Shown piece after piece: positions 1-13,689 of a stretch of 64,000 nt of DNA (its first letter is position 1; each line of letters begins with the position of its first letter). The position numbers and the translations under genes were made by a program. The stretch covers positions 109,058,001 to 109,122,000 of the forward strand of contig OX597820.1 of assembly GCA_951406725.2 (NCBI GenBank), given 5' to 3'. This DNA comes from Octopus vulgaris. Taxonomy: Eukaryota. The notes below the pieces were generated by a model that had not been told where the DNA came from, made no database searches, and was given only the letters and a program-made list of their open reading frames with translations.

Positions 1-144
1 AAAACAACCCAAATTATGGATTTGTGAATATTGTTTAAAATACATGCGTTTGGAAAAATCTTATCGATATCATCAGGTAAAGTGGAAAATTTGTTCACAC
101 CATCCAGTAAGATCAGCCAGATCTTTCTCTCTCCTCTTGTTTGA

Positions 145-339
<195 letters not shown>

Positions 340-413
340 TAGTGAATGCTATTCTATATAAAAGCTGATTACTTTGCTTGTTCTGATATTTTACCTATTT
401 TTTTCTTTTTTAG

Positions 414-575
<162 letters not shown>

Positions 576-827
576 TAATTCTTCTGATTATCATTGTTAT
601 GTTGTAACTGTTAAGTCTGGTAATTAAAAAAAAATCTATCATAGTTTAAGTCCTTACATGTCACAATTTGTAATTTTTTATCATTGTATTGGATATATAA
701 TATAACAAAGTAGTGGGGAAGAAAGTATGTACATAACACACTACTATTCCTATTACATGAGACTCAATGTTCTATGTCAAAGGTTCACAGTGAACTGCTA
801 GTTACACGAACTACCAATCACTCACAC

Positions 828-3800
828 TTAAAGGGTGGTTGGAATCCTTCCACAACGTCTCCTCTTTTTAGAATCAGTTTCCCTTACCTTCTCCCCTTTT
901 AAGAATTGAACTCCACTTTGAGTTTTAATATCACTTACATTTAGGGTTAAATTCCATTGTTTCCATTCTTTTCCATTTTCTAGTGCTATAACGTCTAGTT
1001 TCAAATTGTTTGGGTGTTGGTACATCAAATGTGTCATACAATACTTCCATAGGGATTTCATTTCTCATGACTGTTTTTTCTGTGAATCTTTTCTTAAGCT
1101 GGTTAATGTCTTTTGTATTCAGCCTTCTTTCCTTTTACCAGGAATATCATTTTTCCAATTTGTTTAATTATTATACCGTCCTCCCAGCTTTCTTTACCAT
1201 ATCTATAGGTTTTTAAAAAAAACTTTGTCACCTAACATGAAGAATTTTGAAGTATTTTTGTTGTTTGCCTTTTTTTAATTTTCACTTGGTATTAGCTTAT
1301 CAAAAACAGATCTGACCTTTCTAACAAGCATCAGTTCAGTGGGCGACATGCCTGATTGTGTATTCGGATTAGGAATTACTCGGTACACTTTTAGAAATTA
1401 TTGAAGTGCAAAATTGTCCATCACTTCATTGTTCACCTTTTTCAACGCCCTCTTGAAAGTGTCAACAAAACGCTCTGCTTGTCCATTTGATCTAGGATGA
1501 CAAAGCATAGTGGTGACATGTTCGATAACAAACATTTTGCAAAATTTTCTGAACTTGTCTGACATAAATTGAGTTCCATTAACCGACACAATGCTGTCTG
1601 GAATACCATACCAGGTGAACAATTCATATAAAAAACATATTGTAACTGTAGATGTCGGCTTTTTACATTTATGCACTTCCAGCTTCTTTGAAAAACTATC
1701 CACCATGACAAGGTAATATGAACCCTTAAGGGGACCTGCATAATCAATATGCAGTCTGGCCCATGGAACATCTGTTTTTGGCCACAGTTGCCATTTAGTG
1801 GTAGGTGATTTTTCAGCTAAGGTATACCCTCTGCATGCTTTCACTGATTCTTCAATGTCACAGTCCATTGCTGGCCAATATACGTAACTTCTCACTAATG
1901 ATTTCATTCTCGAAATTCTTGGGTGATTCATATGAAATTCTGTTAATAATTGCTTTTGTAGTGTGGCATGCACTATAACTATTTGTGCATACATCAACAT
2001 ATTGTCACACAATGAGAAATGGTTTGCATTTGTGTTGTGCATATTTTTATCTCTTTTAGTCTTCAGCAGTACTTTCATTTTGATAATAAATTTATCGTTT
2101 TTCGATTTCAATTTTATGTCTTGTAAAGTAACTGGCAGCTCACGAATGACATTACACAAAACATTTTTAATTTCATTTTCTGCTTGCAAAGCAGCAATAA
2201 CAGTATCTTCAAATGGTTCTGCATTTTTCAAAATCAGTCTTGATAGACAATTTGCATGACCTAGTCTCTTGGATGGTATATACTACATCTTGAAATCATA
2301 GTTTAATAATATTATATCCCTGTGTTGCAACCTATTAGCAGTATGGGTAGGAATTTCTTTCTTTGACCCAAATATCGATAATAATAGACAGTGATCAGCC
2401 TGTAGATGAAAACTTATACCATGTAAAAATGTGTGAAATTTTTTCACATCAAAAATAACTGCTAGAGCTTCTCTTTTGATTTGACTAATTTTTCTCTGCT
2501 GCTTTCAGAGAATGTGCGGCATGAACCACTGTCTTCATGTTACCATCTTTATATTTATGTAGCATCACTGCTACTATACTGTACTCAGAAGTGTCTGAAG
2601 CTACAACAATCTCTGCTGCATGATCAAAGTGTGCCAACAACAAATCAGATGTTAGGATTTTTTTAATTGATCAAATGCCTTTTGACAGTTTTCCGACCAA
2701 TTCCATTTCATATCTTTTTCAGCAAATTATTCAGTGGCACCCTTACCTTAAGCACATTTTGAATATAATTTTAGTAATAATTTTCCAATCCTAAATATGC
2801 TTGTAAGGTCACTATATTAGTCAGAGGGGGCATATTTTTAATTGCGTCCACCTTTAACAGGTCTGGTCGATGTGCATTCTGTCAATGATTTGTCCTAAAT
2901 ATCTTATTTTCAGTAAGAAAAATTCATACTTTTCTTCACTCAAAGTAAAGCCATAATCCCTAATTTTTTTCTGATACATATTTTATGTGCTCTACATGTT
3001 GATCCCTGCATTCACTTTTAATGAGTATATCATCCAGATATGGAATTGCGAATCCACAGTCCGCTAACATTGCATCCATAATCTGTTGAAAAATTCCTGG
3101 TATGACTTTTAAGCCAAATGGTAACCTGTTGTATTTATACAGTTCTTTATGTGCGTTAATTGTTAGATACTTAGAGCATTCATCATCTACTCTAATTTGT
3201 AGGTACATGTCAGAGAGATCCAATTTAGAAAATATCTTTCCACCATTTAATTTCACAAAAATATCATCCGGAATAGGTAGCAGATAATGGCACGTTTTAA
3301 GACATTTGTTTAAACCAGTGGAAAAATCAGCAAACACTCTGATTTTATTATTCTTTTTCTTAATGTACACAGTTGGTGCTGCCTATTTAGAATATTCCAC
3401 TTTTTGGATAACTCTAAGTTTATCTGTTCTAACGCTGTGAACAGTACAGTTCATTTTTGTTTAAATACTGTATTTGAAACTGTGCTTTCGTTTTGGTACA
3501 CAGACCTAATTTATCAGACAGAACTTCTGGAAAAATATTTTTTATTTGTTTTTTCAATTTGTCTGACATCTTATCTACTGGAGGAAAAGCCATTTTCATT
3601 TTTACAGAAAAGATTTATGGGGAGGTCCCATAAATTAAACAGTTCCATCCAGTCAGTACCGAACAAGTTTGTTGTATTATTTAACACAAAAGAACTTTAG
3701 CCTTTAAGGTTTTTTCACAAAAAGTAATGTTACTTATCAATTCACCCTTAAAATATGATTTTTTTTCCTGAAACACCACTGGCAATTTTTGAGGTTTCAT

Positions 3801-6800
3801 TTAATTTAGATCTCCTGATCTTTTTTGATGTATCTGTGTTAATTATTGAGATGTTGCTGCCTGTATCCAATTGTAATCTTATGTCTTTGTTATTAATTTT
3901 TACATACACAAATTCTCTTTGAGGCTCATTTGTATTTTTTGTCACTAATAATCCATTTGCATGATTTTTTCTGCTTGTAGCATTTTATATTTTTAAAATA
4001 GCAGGGGCTGGAGGTGTGAGAGTTTTGGTGAAGGAAGAAACCTGTGAGAAGGCGGTGGAGGTCAGGAGAAAGAGTGACAGCGATGACAGTAGTGTTAGCA
4101 TTTGAGGAAGAAGTGGTGAGGGTGATTTGTGGGTATGGTCTGCAAAGTGGAAGAGGGATTGCTAAGAAAGAGCAGTTCTTTGATGAAATGGTAAATGAGT
4201 GGGACTTACAAAAGGTTGCTGAATTGGTTTTGGGTATGGGTGATTTTAATGGACAATGTTGGGAAATGGATCCTTTGAGGGTGTGCATGGGGGAAATGAA
4301 ATTGGGGAGAGATATTTGGAAGGAAGGATGCTGTTGGAGTTTTGTGATGAGAAAGAGTTGTGTGTGGCACATACGTGGTTTAGGAAAACAGAGAAATGGA
4401 AGGTGACTTTCAGTGCAGGAGGGAATGAGACAGATTGATTTTGTGTTGGTTGGCAGGAAAAACAGAAAATATCTGAGAAATGTGAAGACAATACCAGGGG
4501 AGTTGCACAGGTTTGTGGTTGCTGACTTGGATAAGAGGAAAGTTAAAAAGTGTGTGAGAAAGAGAACAGTTGAGAGGAGGAAGGTGTGGAAACTGAAGGA
4601 AGAAGAAACGAGAGAGTTAGGGAGTTGGTAAGCATTCATGCACCGGATTTGTGGAATTCTTTTGAAGAAGGAGTACTAAAGGCATGTGACAAAGTGTGTG
4701 GAAGGACGAAGGGTAGGAGAGCTCGAGGAAATATGTGGTGGTGGAACAAGGAGGTGAGGTACGTGGTAGTGAGGAAGAAGGAGGCGCACAAAGCTTTAGG
4801 ACTGAGCAAATGAAAGCCAGGTATAATAGCATGAAGAATCATGCAAAGAGGGTGGTTGTGAGATCTATGAGGAATGAGGCTGAGGAGAGGTTGAGCAGCC
4901 TGGATGAGAACCCAGGTAGAGTGTTTTGGTTTATTAAATCAATGAAAAGTGATGGAAGAGATGTTGAGGGAGGAAGATGTATAAGGCGGAGTGATGGAAG
5001 GTTGAATTTTAGTGAGAAGGACAGGGGAAGAGTTTGGAAGGAGCATATGGAGGGAATTATGAATGAGGAGAATGAATGGGATCAGAGTGCTGTGGTGAAG
5101 GGGCCAGTGAAGAGGGTTAGTCGGGAAGAAGTAGTGGAAGCAATGAAGGAAAGGAAAACAGGAAAGGCAGCTGGTCCATCAGAAGTAAGTGTGGAAATGA
5201 TAACTGCAAGTGGAGAGATAGGGATTGTTGTGATGATGGAGCTCTGCCAGGGTATGCTGGATGGAAGAGGAATGCCAGAGGACTGGGCACTAAGTATGGT
5301 GGTATGGATATTCAAGGAGAAAAGGGATGCGAGAGGAGTGAATCTATTGGAGCATGCAATGAAGATAGTGGAAAGAGTGTTGGAGAGGAGAATTTGGAAA
5401 GGAGTGGATGTGGATGAGATGCAATTTGGTTTTATGCCAGGAAGGAGGACAATAGATGCAGTGTTCATTGTAAGGAGATTGCAAGAGAAATACCGAGATA
5501 AGGAGAAGGAATTGTACATGTGCTTCGTTGATCTGGAGGAGGCATTTGACAGGGTTCCAAGGAAGGTGATTGAGTGAGCATTGAGGAAGAGTGGTGTACT
5601 GGAGGTAATAGTGAGAGCAGCGATGAGTTTGTACAAAGGGGTAAAGACAAAAGTGAGAGTTGGATCAGAGCTGTCGGAGGAGTTTGTGGTGAAAGTTGGT
5701 GTGTATCAGGGATCTGTGTTGTCACCATTGTTATTTGCAATAGTGGTTGATGTGGTGACGGAGAGTGGAAGAGAGGGACTGTTAATGAGGATACTGTATG
5801 CAGATGACCTTGTTCTGATGAGTGAGACAATGAAGGGATTGAGGGAGAAGTTTTGAGAAGGGAAGGAGGTGTTTGAAAGCAAAGGTTTGAAGGTAAACCT
5901 CAGGAAGACAATGGTGATGGTGAGTGCGGTGGAAGAAGTGTTAGTGAGTAAAGTGAATCCATATAGTGTATGTGGGAGGGGGGTAATGGCAAATGCAGTA
6001 TTGTGTACAAGATGTGGGAAATGGATTCATGGTAGATGTACAAAAATGAAGAAGGTGACCCCAAGACTGGCAAGAGAGTTTGTGGAAGATGTGAGAAAGG
6101 AGCTGGAGGGCTGGCGAAGTCAATGGAAACACTATGTGACGAGCTGGAGACGGTGAGAGGGTTTTGTTATTTGGGAAACAGGGTGGATGTGAAGCAGCTG
6201 TGACAGCAAGAGCGAGACTTGACTGGGTAAAGTTCAGGGAATGTGAAGCTTTGTTATATGGGAAAAGGTTCTCATTGAAGACAAAAGAAAAGGTCTATAG
6301 GAGTTGTGTGAGACATGGTGTTTGAGAGAGAGAGAGAGAGAGAGAGAGATGGTAATTTTGAGAAGGACTGAGAGAGCAATGGTGAGAGAAATGTGTGGTG
6401 TGAAGCTGTTTGATAAGAGGACTGAAAACTTGATGGGGATGCTGGAGTTGGAGGAATCAGTAGAACAGCTGGCAAGGGCAAATGGAGTGCGGTGGTATGG
6501 GCATGTGTTGAGGAGGGATGAGAAGCATGTTCTGAAGAGGGTACTAGAGTTTGAGGTAAATGGACAGCAAAAGCAAGGTAGACCAAGGAAAATGTGGAAG
6601 AGATTGGGAGGGTTGGCTTGAGAAGGGAGGACACCCAAAACTAGGCAAGATGGGGAGAATTTTTGACCAAATTAAACCATTGCCAGCAATTATTGAACAA
6701 AGAACTTCTTTCACTGAAAATTATCGATAAAATATTGTTTCATCGAAACAAATCCCACTTGGTTTCTTGGGCAGAATATAATTACTATATTTTTCGTGTT

Positions 6801-7030
6801 CTTATAAGTAATTGATATTTTTTTCTAATCGGACCAACTTTTACACACTTCTTTAAAGATTTCTTCGTGTCTACAAAAATATCCAGACAAGGTAATACCT
6901 TCTTCTGGGTTGTATTTGAATTCTCTAATTGAGTTTGCTATGCTGTCTGGCGAGTACAAACTTGAAATATTTTCAGATTTCTGAAGTATTTCAGACATGG
7001 TTGGAATCATTTCACAACAATCTGAAACAA
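828..7030 (-). mobile_element. Decayed Ty3/Gypsy LTR retrotransposon (gag-PR-RT-RH-IN), interrupted by an RTE LINE
   Basis: Minus-strand fragments in Gypsy order: gag-like 6825-7010, protease LQLDTGSNISII 3748-3945, RT (KLDLSDMYLQ, RLPFG, YLDD) 2960-3370, integrase (HHCC remnant, PWARLHIDYAGP, SNGQAERFV) 1398-2231. Many stops and frameshifts; LTRs not recognised. Confidence 0.88.
4003..6660 (+). mobile_element. Decayed RTE-clade LINE nested in the Gypsy gag region
   Basis: APE remnant (MGDFNG), RT motifs KAAGPS, QFGFMPGRRTIDA, FVDLEEAFDRVPR, YQGSVLSP, YADD, and C-terminal RWYGHVLRR/GRPRK. Confidence 0.9.
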
Positions 7031-7194
7031 AGAATGTTTGCTGTAGTTTTTGTTAATTATATTACCCACCCCTGTTTTTAGTTAATTCTGGCATTTATTT
7101 TAGCAACCTTTATTTATCATATAACCAAGTTTTACCTTTTAATTGGAAAGAGATGTAATTTGACATATCTATTTACACCAGTATACACATGCAC

Positions 7195-7345
7195 TCAACG
7201 GCCTTCTGCACTGTTTCCACCTACCAAATTTCACTCACAAAGAATTAGTCAACCTTAGGTTACAGTAGAAGACATGTATCCAAGGTGCCATCTAGTGGGA
7301 TGAAACCTGTAATCACTTGGTTGTGAAGTGACATCATCACATGGC
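7195..7345 (-). mobile_element. Decayed tRNA-derived SINE fragment
   Basis: Reverse complement resembles the SINE at 29090-29340 (tggcaccttgg...ttctact...gaaatttggtag). Confidence 0.5.
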
Positions 7346-8278
7346 TGTATTTGGATGTGTCTGTATTCATGTAACATCCTCAAACAACTTAAGTAGATTC
7401 TAACAAATAGTCTCCGAGTTCTTGCAGTTGAGGTTAGGTCAACTGAAATACTTCAGAAAATATATATATCATTGCTTATTTATCTCTCTTGGGTTGTGTT
7501 ACCATTGTAGTATCAAATTGTTTATTGCTAACAATTCAACAGAAACCCTGTCCCTACCTAATGACAAGGCTTGTACTCTGTATGGGAACTTTTGCTGTTT
7601 AACCATCTGAACTTGATCCAGTCTTTTGGAATTTGAAGTTAGAATCATCTCCAACATTAGAATTCATACTTATAAACTTTCCAGAGAATGTGAAATGATT
7701 TTTTAAATTGAAATCTCAAAGCCCATATAAAGCTTTAAATAATAGCATGTATATATTGCATTGTAAAACCACTTTGGATAGAAGAAGTTGAGGGCTCCCC
7801 ATAGGACTTCAATTTACATTTCTTGTAGATATGACACGTGTTCTACCATTATACCAAGCAATTCTTCAATTTTTCTATCAATTTTAGAAACTTTATTCTG
7901 ACCAGCAACAAATCGTCTGTTGTCGATGGGCAGCCTTCACCTTATTTTCTATCCCAAAGAGTTTTTGAATCCCAATATTTACATGCTATTATAGCTTTAT
8001 GGAAGGCATGGAATTCCAAAATTGAATTAGTTTATGTTCTCACAAAAGTTTATAAAATTCTTATGTCAGCAACATACAATTCTCACTTGTGAGAATTAAA
8101 GTTTATAAATGAATAGAAAATTCAAAGGATTTCATTGGTACAGTAGTAGAATGCCTATCATATCTACAGGAAACGTGGGTTCAAGTCCCACAAACAGCCT
8201 TCATCATTTTCTATCCAACAGGGTTTTTCAAATTAATATGTATATATGTAAGTGTATACACACAAACACACACATACA

Positions 8279-8640
8279 CAGGGTGCATAAGATATTTGAG
8301 GACAGATTTATGTTTATCAAAAAAATGTTATGAGTATAAAAATAAACCTTCTTTTCTATAATGTTATTCAATAAAGCCACCTTCATCTTTAGCAACTGCT
8401 TCTATATGAGATCTAAATCCTCTACATGCTCGAATCAAGTGGTCCTGGTTCATTTTGGACATTACTCGGACTATAGTAGCTTTCAAAGAATCTTTGGTCT
8501 TATGGGTGTGTTCATTGACCTCTCTCTCAATGCTCCACATGTAATAGCCCAATGGATTGAGATCTTGGGAATTAAGAGGCCAAATGTTAGGGGTTATGTG
8601 ATCATGAAAATTTTCAGCCATCCATTCCTGTTATAACCTT
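8279..8640 (-). mobile_element. Tc1/mariner transposase 3' fragment with one TIR
   Basis: ORF 8364-8621 contains WPLNSQDLNPLGYYMWS (WPxxSPDLNPxD motif) and a C-terminal ...EGGFIE. Confidence 0.8.
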
Positions 8641-8644
8641 TCAT

Positions 8645-9850
8645 AATATCACTTCCAAGCATACATTTCTCTCTCACAACATATTGATTTGGTCTGGTGC
8701 ACTGCCTTTAATCCAGAACACTGCATGTTTTTGGTCCTCATGGTGGAGAACATTCACAAACCTCTTCTTTTCTGTCCTTCCCCTTGCTAAATAGACCTAC
8801 CTCCTAGCTACCTGTTAAATTTCTCTGCTGCTCTCACTCTTCCAAACTGTCCAAGTCTGCTTCTTCTCTTTTATTGCTCAGTCTACTTTTCTGTTCCACC
8901 ATCACATCACTTTTGATCTGGCTGGAATTTTGCTGAAACCACAGATTTGCTTTCAGTAGATTATCTAGTAAGAATTTCCATTTGTCCTCTCTGTTATATA
9001 TCCTCTTCTCCTTTTCATCAAATGCTCTAATTAATACATCTCTAAATCTATGTTTGAAGGATCTCTAAGGTTCCAGGTCTTCCTTTTCCAGATTGGTTTG
9101 CATTTCTGAAACCTTCTAGCTTAAGTCACTTATGACCCTATGTTGGGGAGTAGATTCTTTACCAGGGAAGGAATTTGCATTCAGAAGCATCTGTCTATTC
9201 TGTTTTCTAGTGAGAATGTAGTCACTCTGACTTTTGTGTTGACCAGATTCATAGGTGATCAAGTGGCTGATAGGTTTTCTGAAGTTGATGTTGTAGATTA
9301 ACAGGTCATTAGTATCATGGAACCCCAGCAGCCTTGTTCCCACCTCATTTCTAGAATAAAAGCTATAACCTCCATCTACATTGAGAAATCCATTGGAGTA
9401 CTGCCCAATATGTTTGTTGAAATCACCAGCCACAATAATAAAGTCTTTGTTGTCTGTTGAGGTAATCTTCAGAATGGAATCATGGAAATGATTCTTCAGT
9501 TCATCCATCAGTCCAATTTGTGAGGCATATGCTGAGATAAATGTTACTGTTGTATAATCTAATACTAATCTTATCTTAATCCTATCACACACTTTGACTA
9601 CTCCAATCACTTTATCTAACTATTTCTCTGCTAAATCTCCCACCATCCCTACCTTTACTACTACCTACCCAGAAAAGTTTACCTCTGTTTCTTGACCATG
9701 AGGTGTCTTGTAGAGGTTCTTTCATCTTTTGTATATAGCACACATCTACATGCCTGCAATCTAATATTTCAACAATCTCACTTGACCAGCCTTTCATTGT
9801 GTTACCATTGAATTTAGCAGCCCTGAGGAAGCAGACTTTGGAAGAGTGAG
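8645..9850 (-). mobile_element. Decayed RTE LINE 5' fragment (APE endonuclease), related to the element at 18940
   Basis: ORFs 9612-9797 and 9116-9610 (VCDRIKIRLVL, ISAYASQ, VAGDFN, SQSDYIL, PGKESTPQHR) align by eye with ORF 19121-21214. Confidence 0.85.
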
Positions 9851-10272
9851 GGGTTATTTGGAATAATGGTTTAAACTTCTGGTAAGATGTTTATAAGTGC
9901 CTTTGATCAGTTAATAAGTTTTAACATATTTTATGAAAACCTCAATAACATACACATTTCCTTCAATCCTGCTAAGAGCGTCAATGGTGGGTGTATGACA
10001 TATGCGGGCATATATGCATGCATCCCCATATATGACCTATGACCAACAAATAATTTGTACACACCGATACCACCATTGCTATCTATATATAAACATGCAG
10101 ACATACACAAATACACATTTATACATGCATTTCCTATATAGGTATGTATATAGATGTGTATATATCCATCTCACACATATGTACAACATATATAGACATG
10201 TACACAAAATCTTTATATAAAAAGAGGCAAAGCCATCATTGAGGAGGTGGTGAATGGGGGTGGAAATGGAAA

Positions 10273-10924
10273 TAAAATAACAACTTATCTTATAACTGTC
10301 CTAAAAATATGTGATTAATAAACAGTTGACACTAAATGAAGATTCCTAGAATATTTAAATATTTATCAAGTACAATGGTGACCACCATCAAACAGTAAAC
10401 AAAAAACTACTTCACACCATAAATAACTTAACACAAACTACCATCATTAGCTAAAGCTGAGAGTAAGAGTATAGCTACTGAAATTACATATAAAGAAAAG
10501 AGTACAAGAATTTAACTTTAGGGTCCTTCTTATGTGTCTTACCTATGTAAAATGACAACTTATCTTATAACTGCCCTAATACTAGTGAAACAATTAACAC
10601 TAAACGAATTTAAATATTTGTCAAGTAAAATGGCGACCACCATAAAACAGTTAACAAAAAAATTATTTCACACCATAAACAACTTAACACAAACTACCAT
10701 CATTAGCTAAGGCTAAGAGTAAAGCTATTTATGGTGTGAAATAGTCTTTTTCGTTTACTGTTTTATCATAGTCTTTTTCATTTACATTTTACCTGATAAA
10801 TATTTAAATATTCTAGGAGCCTTCATTTAGCATCAATTGTTTACTAATTACATATTATTGGATGTCTTATAAGATAAGATGTTATTTTACATTGGTAAGA
10901 TGTGTAAGAAGGACCCTAAAGTTA
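10273..10924. repeat. Foldback/MITE-like element with an extra upstream direct copy of one arm
   Basis: 10513-10679 is an imperfect inverted repeat of 10728-10924 (ends TAACTTTAGGGTCCTTCTT / AAGAAGGACCCTAAAGTTA). 10273-10466 is a direct copy of 10548-10722. Confidence 0.75.
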
Positions 10925-10931
10925 TGTTCTA

Positions 10932-11713
10932 TTGGGTTATCCCATAAATAATGCAGTTTTTTTATACTTCTTTTATTTTTCAAAATTAAGATAAACAAAG
11001 TTCTTTTTTAATCTAAAATAATGCTCCTTGATTTTCTACAATGCCATCTCTCTGGTAGACTTGCAAGGTCCCTCTTCCAAAGTTCACTTGTCCGTGACGA
11101 AAAATATTCCTCCAGCACTGGTCTGACCGTGTCTACAGAATTCATATTTTTTTCGTCCAAATGATTTTTAAGACTGCTATCAAAAATGATTATCAGATGG
11201 GGCAATGTCCAGCGCATATGGTGGGTGGGGCATTGTTTCCCATCAAACTCCTCCAGCCTTTGGAATGTCATCCTCACTGTATGTGGCTGAGCATTATCTT
11301 GAAGCCAACGATGGTCATTTTTCTTCAAGTGCAGGTGTCGATGAATCGCTGAATGACCAAATCCAAGCTTCTCTGTTATTTCCTCAGCAGTTATGATGGG
11401 ATTTTGTTCCACCAGGGTTTGCAGGACATCCTTGTAGAGCTCTACAGATCTTCCAAAACAAGGCTCATCTTCTAGGCTGTAGTTTCCGGTTCGGAATTTC
11501 TGGAACCACCATTGATACTGGCTTATGCTTATTGTCCAATCCCCATCTACTGCATTAATATTCCTCACACTTTCCATTGCGTTGTTACTGTTATTGAACT
11601 CATAAAGCAAAATATGCTGAATAGCTTGTTTGTCACTTCTATTATAGCTTTGGAAAAATAACTGTTAAAATCAAACTGCACTTTTCAAAGCATGCACTAA
11701 GAATAAGTACAAG
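10932..11713 (-). mobile_element. Mariner element, internally deleted and truncated at the tandem-repeat junction
   Basis: TA followed by TIR-like TTGGGTTATCCCATAAATAATGC at 10932. ORF 11008-11610 has WFQKFRTGNYSLEDEP and LQDNAQPH; second TIR is absent. Confidence 0.85.
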
Positions 11714-13506
11714 AGCGATCGCATTATCGTTAACCCCACTCGCTTCAAAATATCTAAAGAAGAAATACGCACAGATCATGAATGGCTAAAGCTAAGTGAC
11801 TCGTTCAGCCTCGCTACAACTACCTTCTATCTTTGCACTTATCATCTTTATTCTTTCACTATTCTTCAATTACCATCTCATTGTATTGTTCCTCATTCTT
11901 TCAGTATTCCCTCATTACCCTGTCTAGCACAAACATTTTTTTTGTTTAGTCTTGTCTCCCGGTTCATAGCCACTCTGATTTTTCAAACCCATTTGCTAGC
12001 TCATACGATTAACAGAACCTCTTACTAGCTACGGTGTTAATATTAGTTATCAATAATGATTATTCCCTCTGATTTTTCAAACCCATTTGCTAGCTCATAT
12101 GATTAACAGAACCTCTTACTAAGCTACGGTGTTAATATTAGTTATCAATAATGATTATTCTCTCTGATTTTTCAAACCCATTTGCTAGCTCATACGATTA
12201 ACAGAACCTCTTACTAATCTACGGTGTTAATATTAGTTATCAATAATGATTATTCCCTTTGATTTTTCAAACCCATTTGCTAGCTCATACGATTAACAGA
12301 ACCTCTTACTAATCTACGGTGTTAATATTAGTTATCAATAATGATTATTCCCTCTGATTTTTCAAACCCATTTGCTAGCTCACACGATTAACAGAACCTC
12401 TTACTAAGCTACGATGTTAATATTAGTTATCAATAATGATTATTCCCTCTGATTTTACAAACCTATTTTCTAGCTCACACGATTAACAGAACGTCTTTGA
12501 TTTTCAAACCTATTTATCAATAATGTTTATTATCGACAATGCCGTCCCCAGTCAAATTTCCTCACACCGCTTTATTCCCACGTGTTCCTTGACCTCCCTC
12601 TCTAACTAACCCTATCTTTCTCCCTATGTTTCTCTATGCACCACCCTTCCCATAACCATCATCGCCATAACTCTCTCCCTATGTTTCTCTGTCACCCCCC
12701 CTTTCCATAACCATCATCGCCATATATAAAAGAGCGATCGCATTATCGTTAACCCCACTCGCTTCAAAATATCTAAAGAAGTAATACGCACAGATCATGA
12801 ATGGCTAAAGCTAAGTGACTCGTTCAGCCTCGCTACAACTACCTTCTATCTTTGCACTTATCATCTTTATTCTTTCACTATTCTTCACTTACCATCTCAT
12901 TGTATTGTTCCTCATTCTTTCAGTATTCCCTCATTACCCTGTCTAGCACAAACATTTTTTTTGTTTAGTCTTGTCTCCTGGTTCATAGCCACTCTGATTT
13001 TTCAAACCCATTTACTAGCTCATACGATTAACAGAACCTCTTACTAAGCTACGGTGTTAATATTAGTTATCAATAATGATTATTCCCTCTGATTTCTCAA
13101 ACCCATTTGCTAGCTCATACGATTAACAGAACCTCTTACTAAGCTACGGTGTTAATATTAGTTATCAATAATGATTATTCCCTCTGATTTTTCAAACCTA
13201 TTTTCTAGCTCACACGATTAACAGAACGTCTTTGATTTTCAAACCTATTTATCAATAATGTTTATTATCGACAATGCCGTCCCCAGTCAAATTTCCTCAC
13301 ACCGCTTTATTCCCACGTGTTCCTTGACCTCCCTCTCTAACTAACCCTATCTCTCTCCCTATGTTTCTCTATGTCACCCCCTTCCCATAACCATCATCGC
13401 CATATCTCTCTCCCTATGTTTCTCTCTGTCCCCCCCCCCTTCCATAACCATCATCGCCACATATAAAAGAGCGATCGCATTATCGTTAACCCCACTCGCT
13501 TCAAAA
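11711..13506 (+). repeat. Tandem array of an unknown higher-order repeat: unit 1 (11711-12729), unit 2 (12730-13466), start of unit 3; unit 3 resumes at 18779-18939
   Basis: Each unit starts AAGAGCGATCGCATTATCGTTAACCCCACTCGCTTCAAAATATCTAAAG and the units are near-identical. 95-bp subrepeats start at 11973, 12067, 12162, 12257, 12352 (+ partial 12447) in unit 1, and at 12992, 13087 (+ partial 13182) in unit 2. A ~60-bp doublet precedes TATA(TA)AAAG at the end of each unit. Confidence 0.95.
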
Positions 13507-13689
13507 ATTTTGTTCTCGAGTTACTTTCATCTGCGTTGTGAGAAATTTGCTGCCTTCATTTAAGAGAGTTCGGATTTGTGCTATTATTGTTTGTGCTGAT
13601 TGTTTGAACAGTGCCCGTTGTATAACGGTAATTTTCGCCCTACGGGGCAGAAAATTTTGTATTAACTGTATTTTATTACCTTCGAGGTA

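Noticed and set aside
11973-12500. 95-bp repeat array as a CRISPR array
   Set aside because: Repeats are head-to-tail with no unique spacers, there are no cas genes, and the context is a eukaryotic intron.
12755-12830. Loose resemblance of the repeat head to U6 (CTCGCTTC...ATAT.CTAAA...ATGGC behind a TATA) and, on the minus strand, to a short U3 stretch (GCCATTCATGATC)
   Set aside because: The invariant U6 ACAGAGA box, AGC triad and 3' half are missing, as are the U3 boxes. U6 is too conserved for this to be a gene; treated as chance pending an Rfam search.
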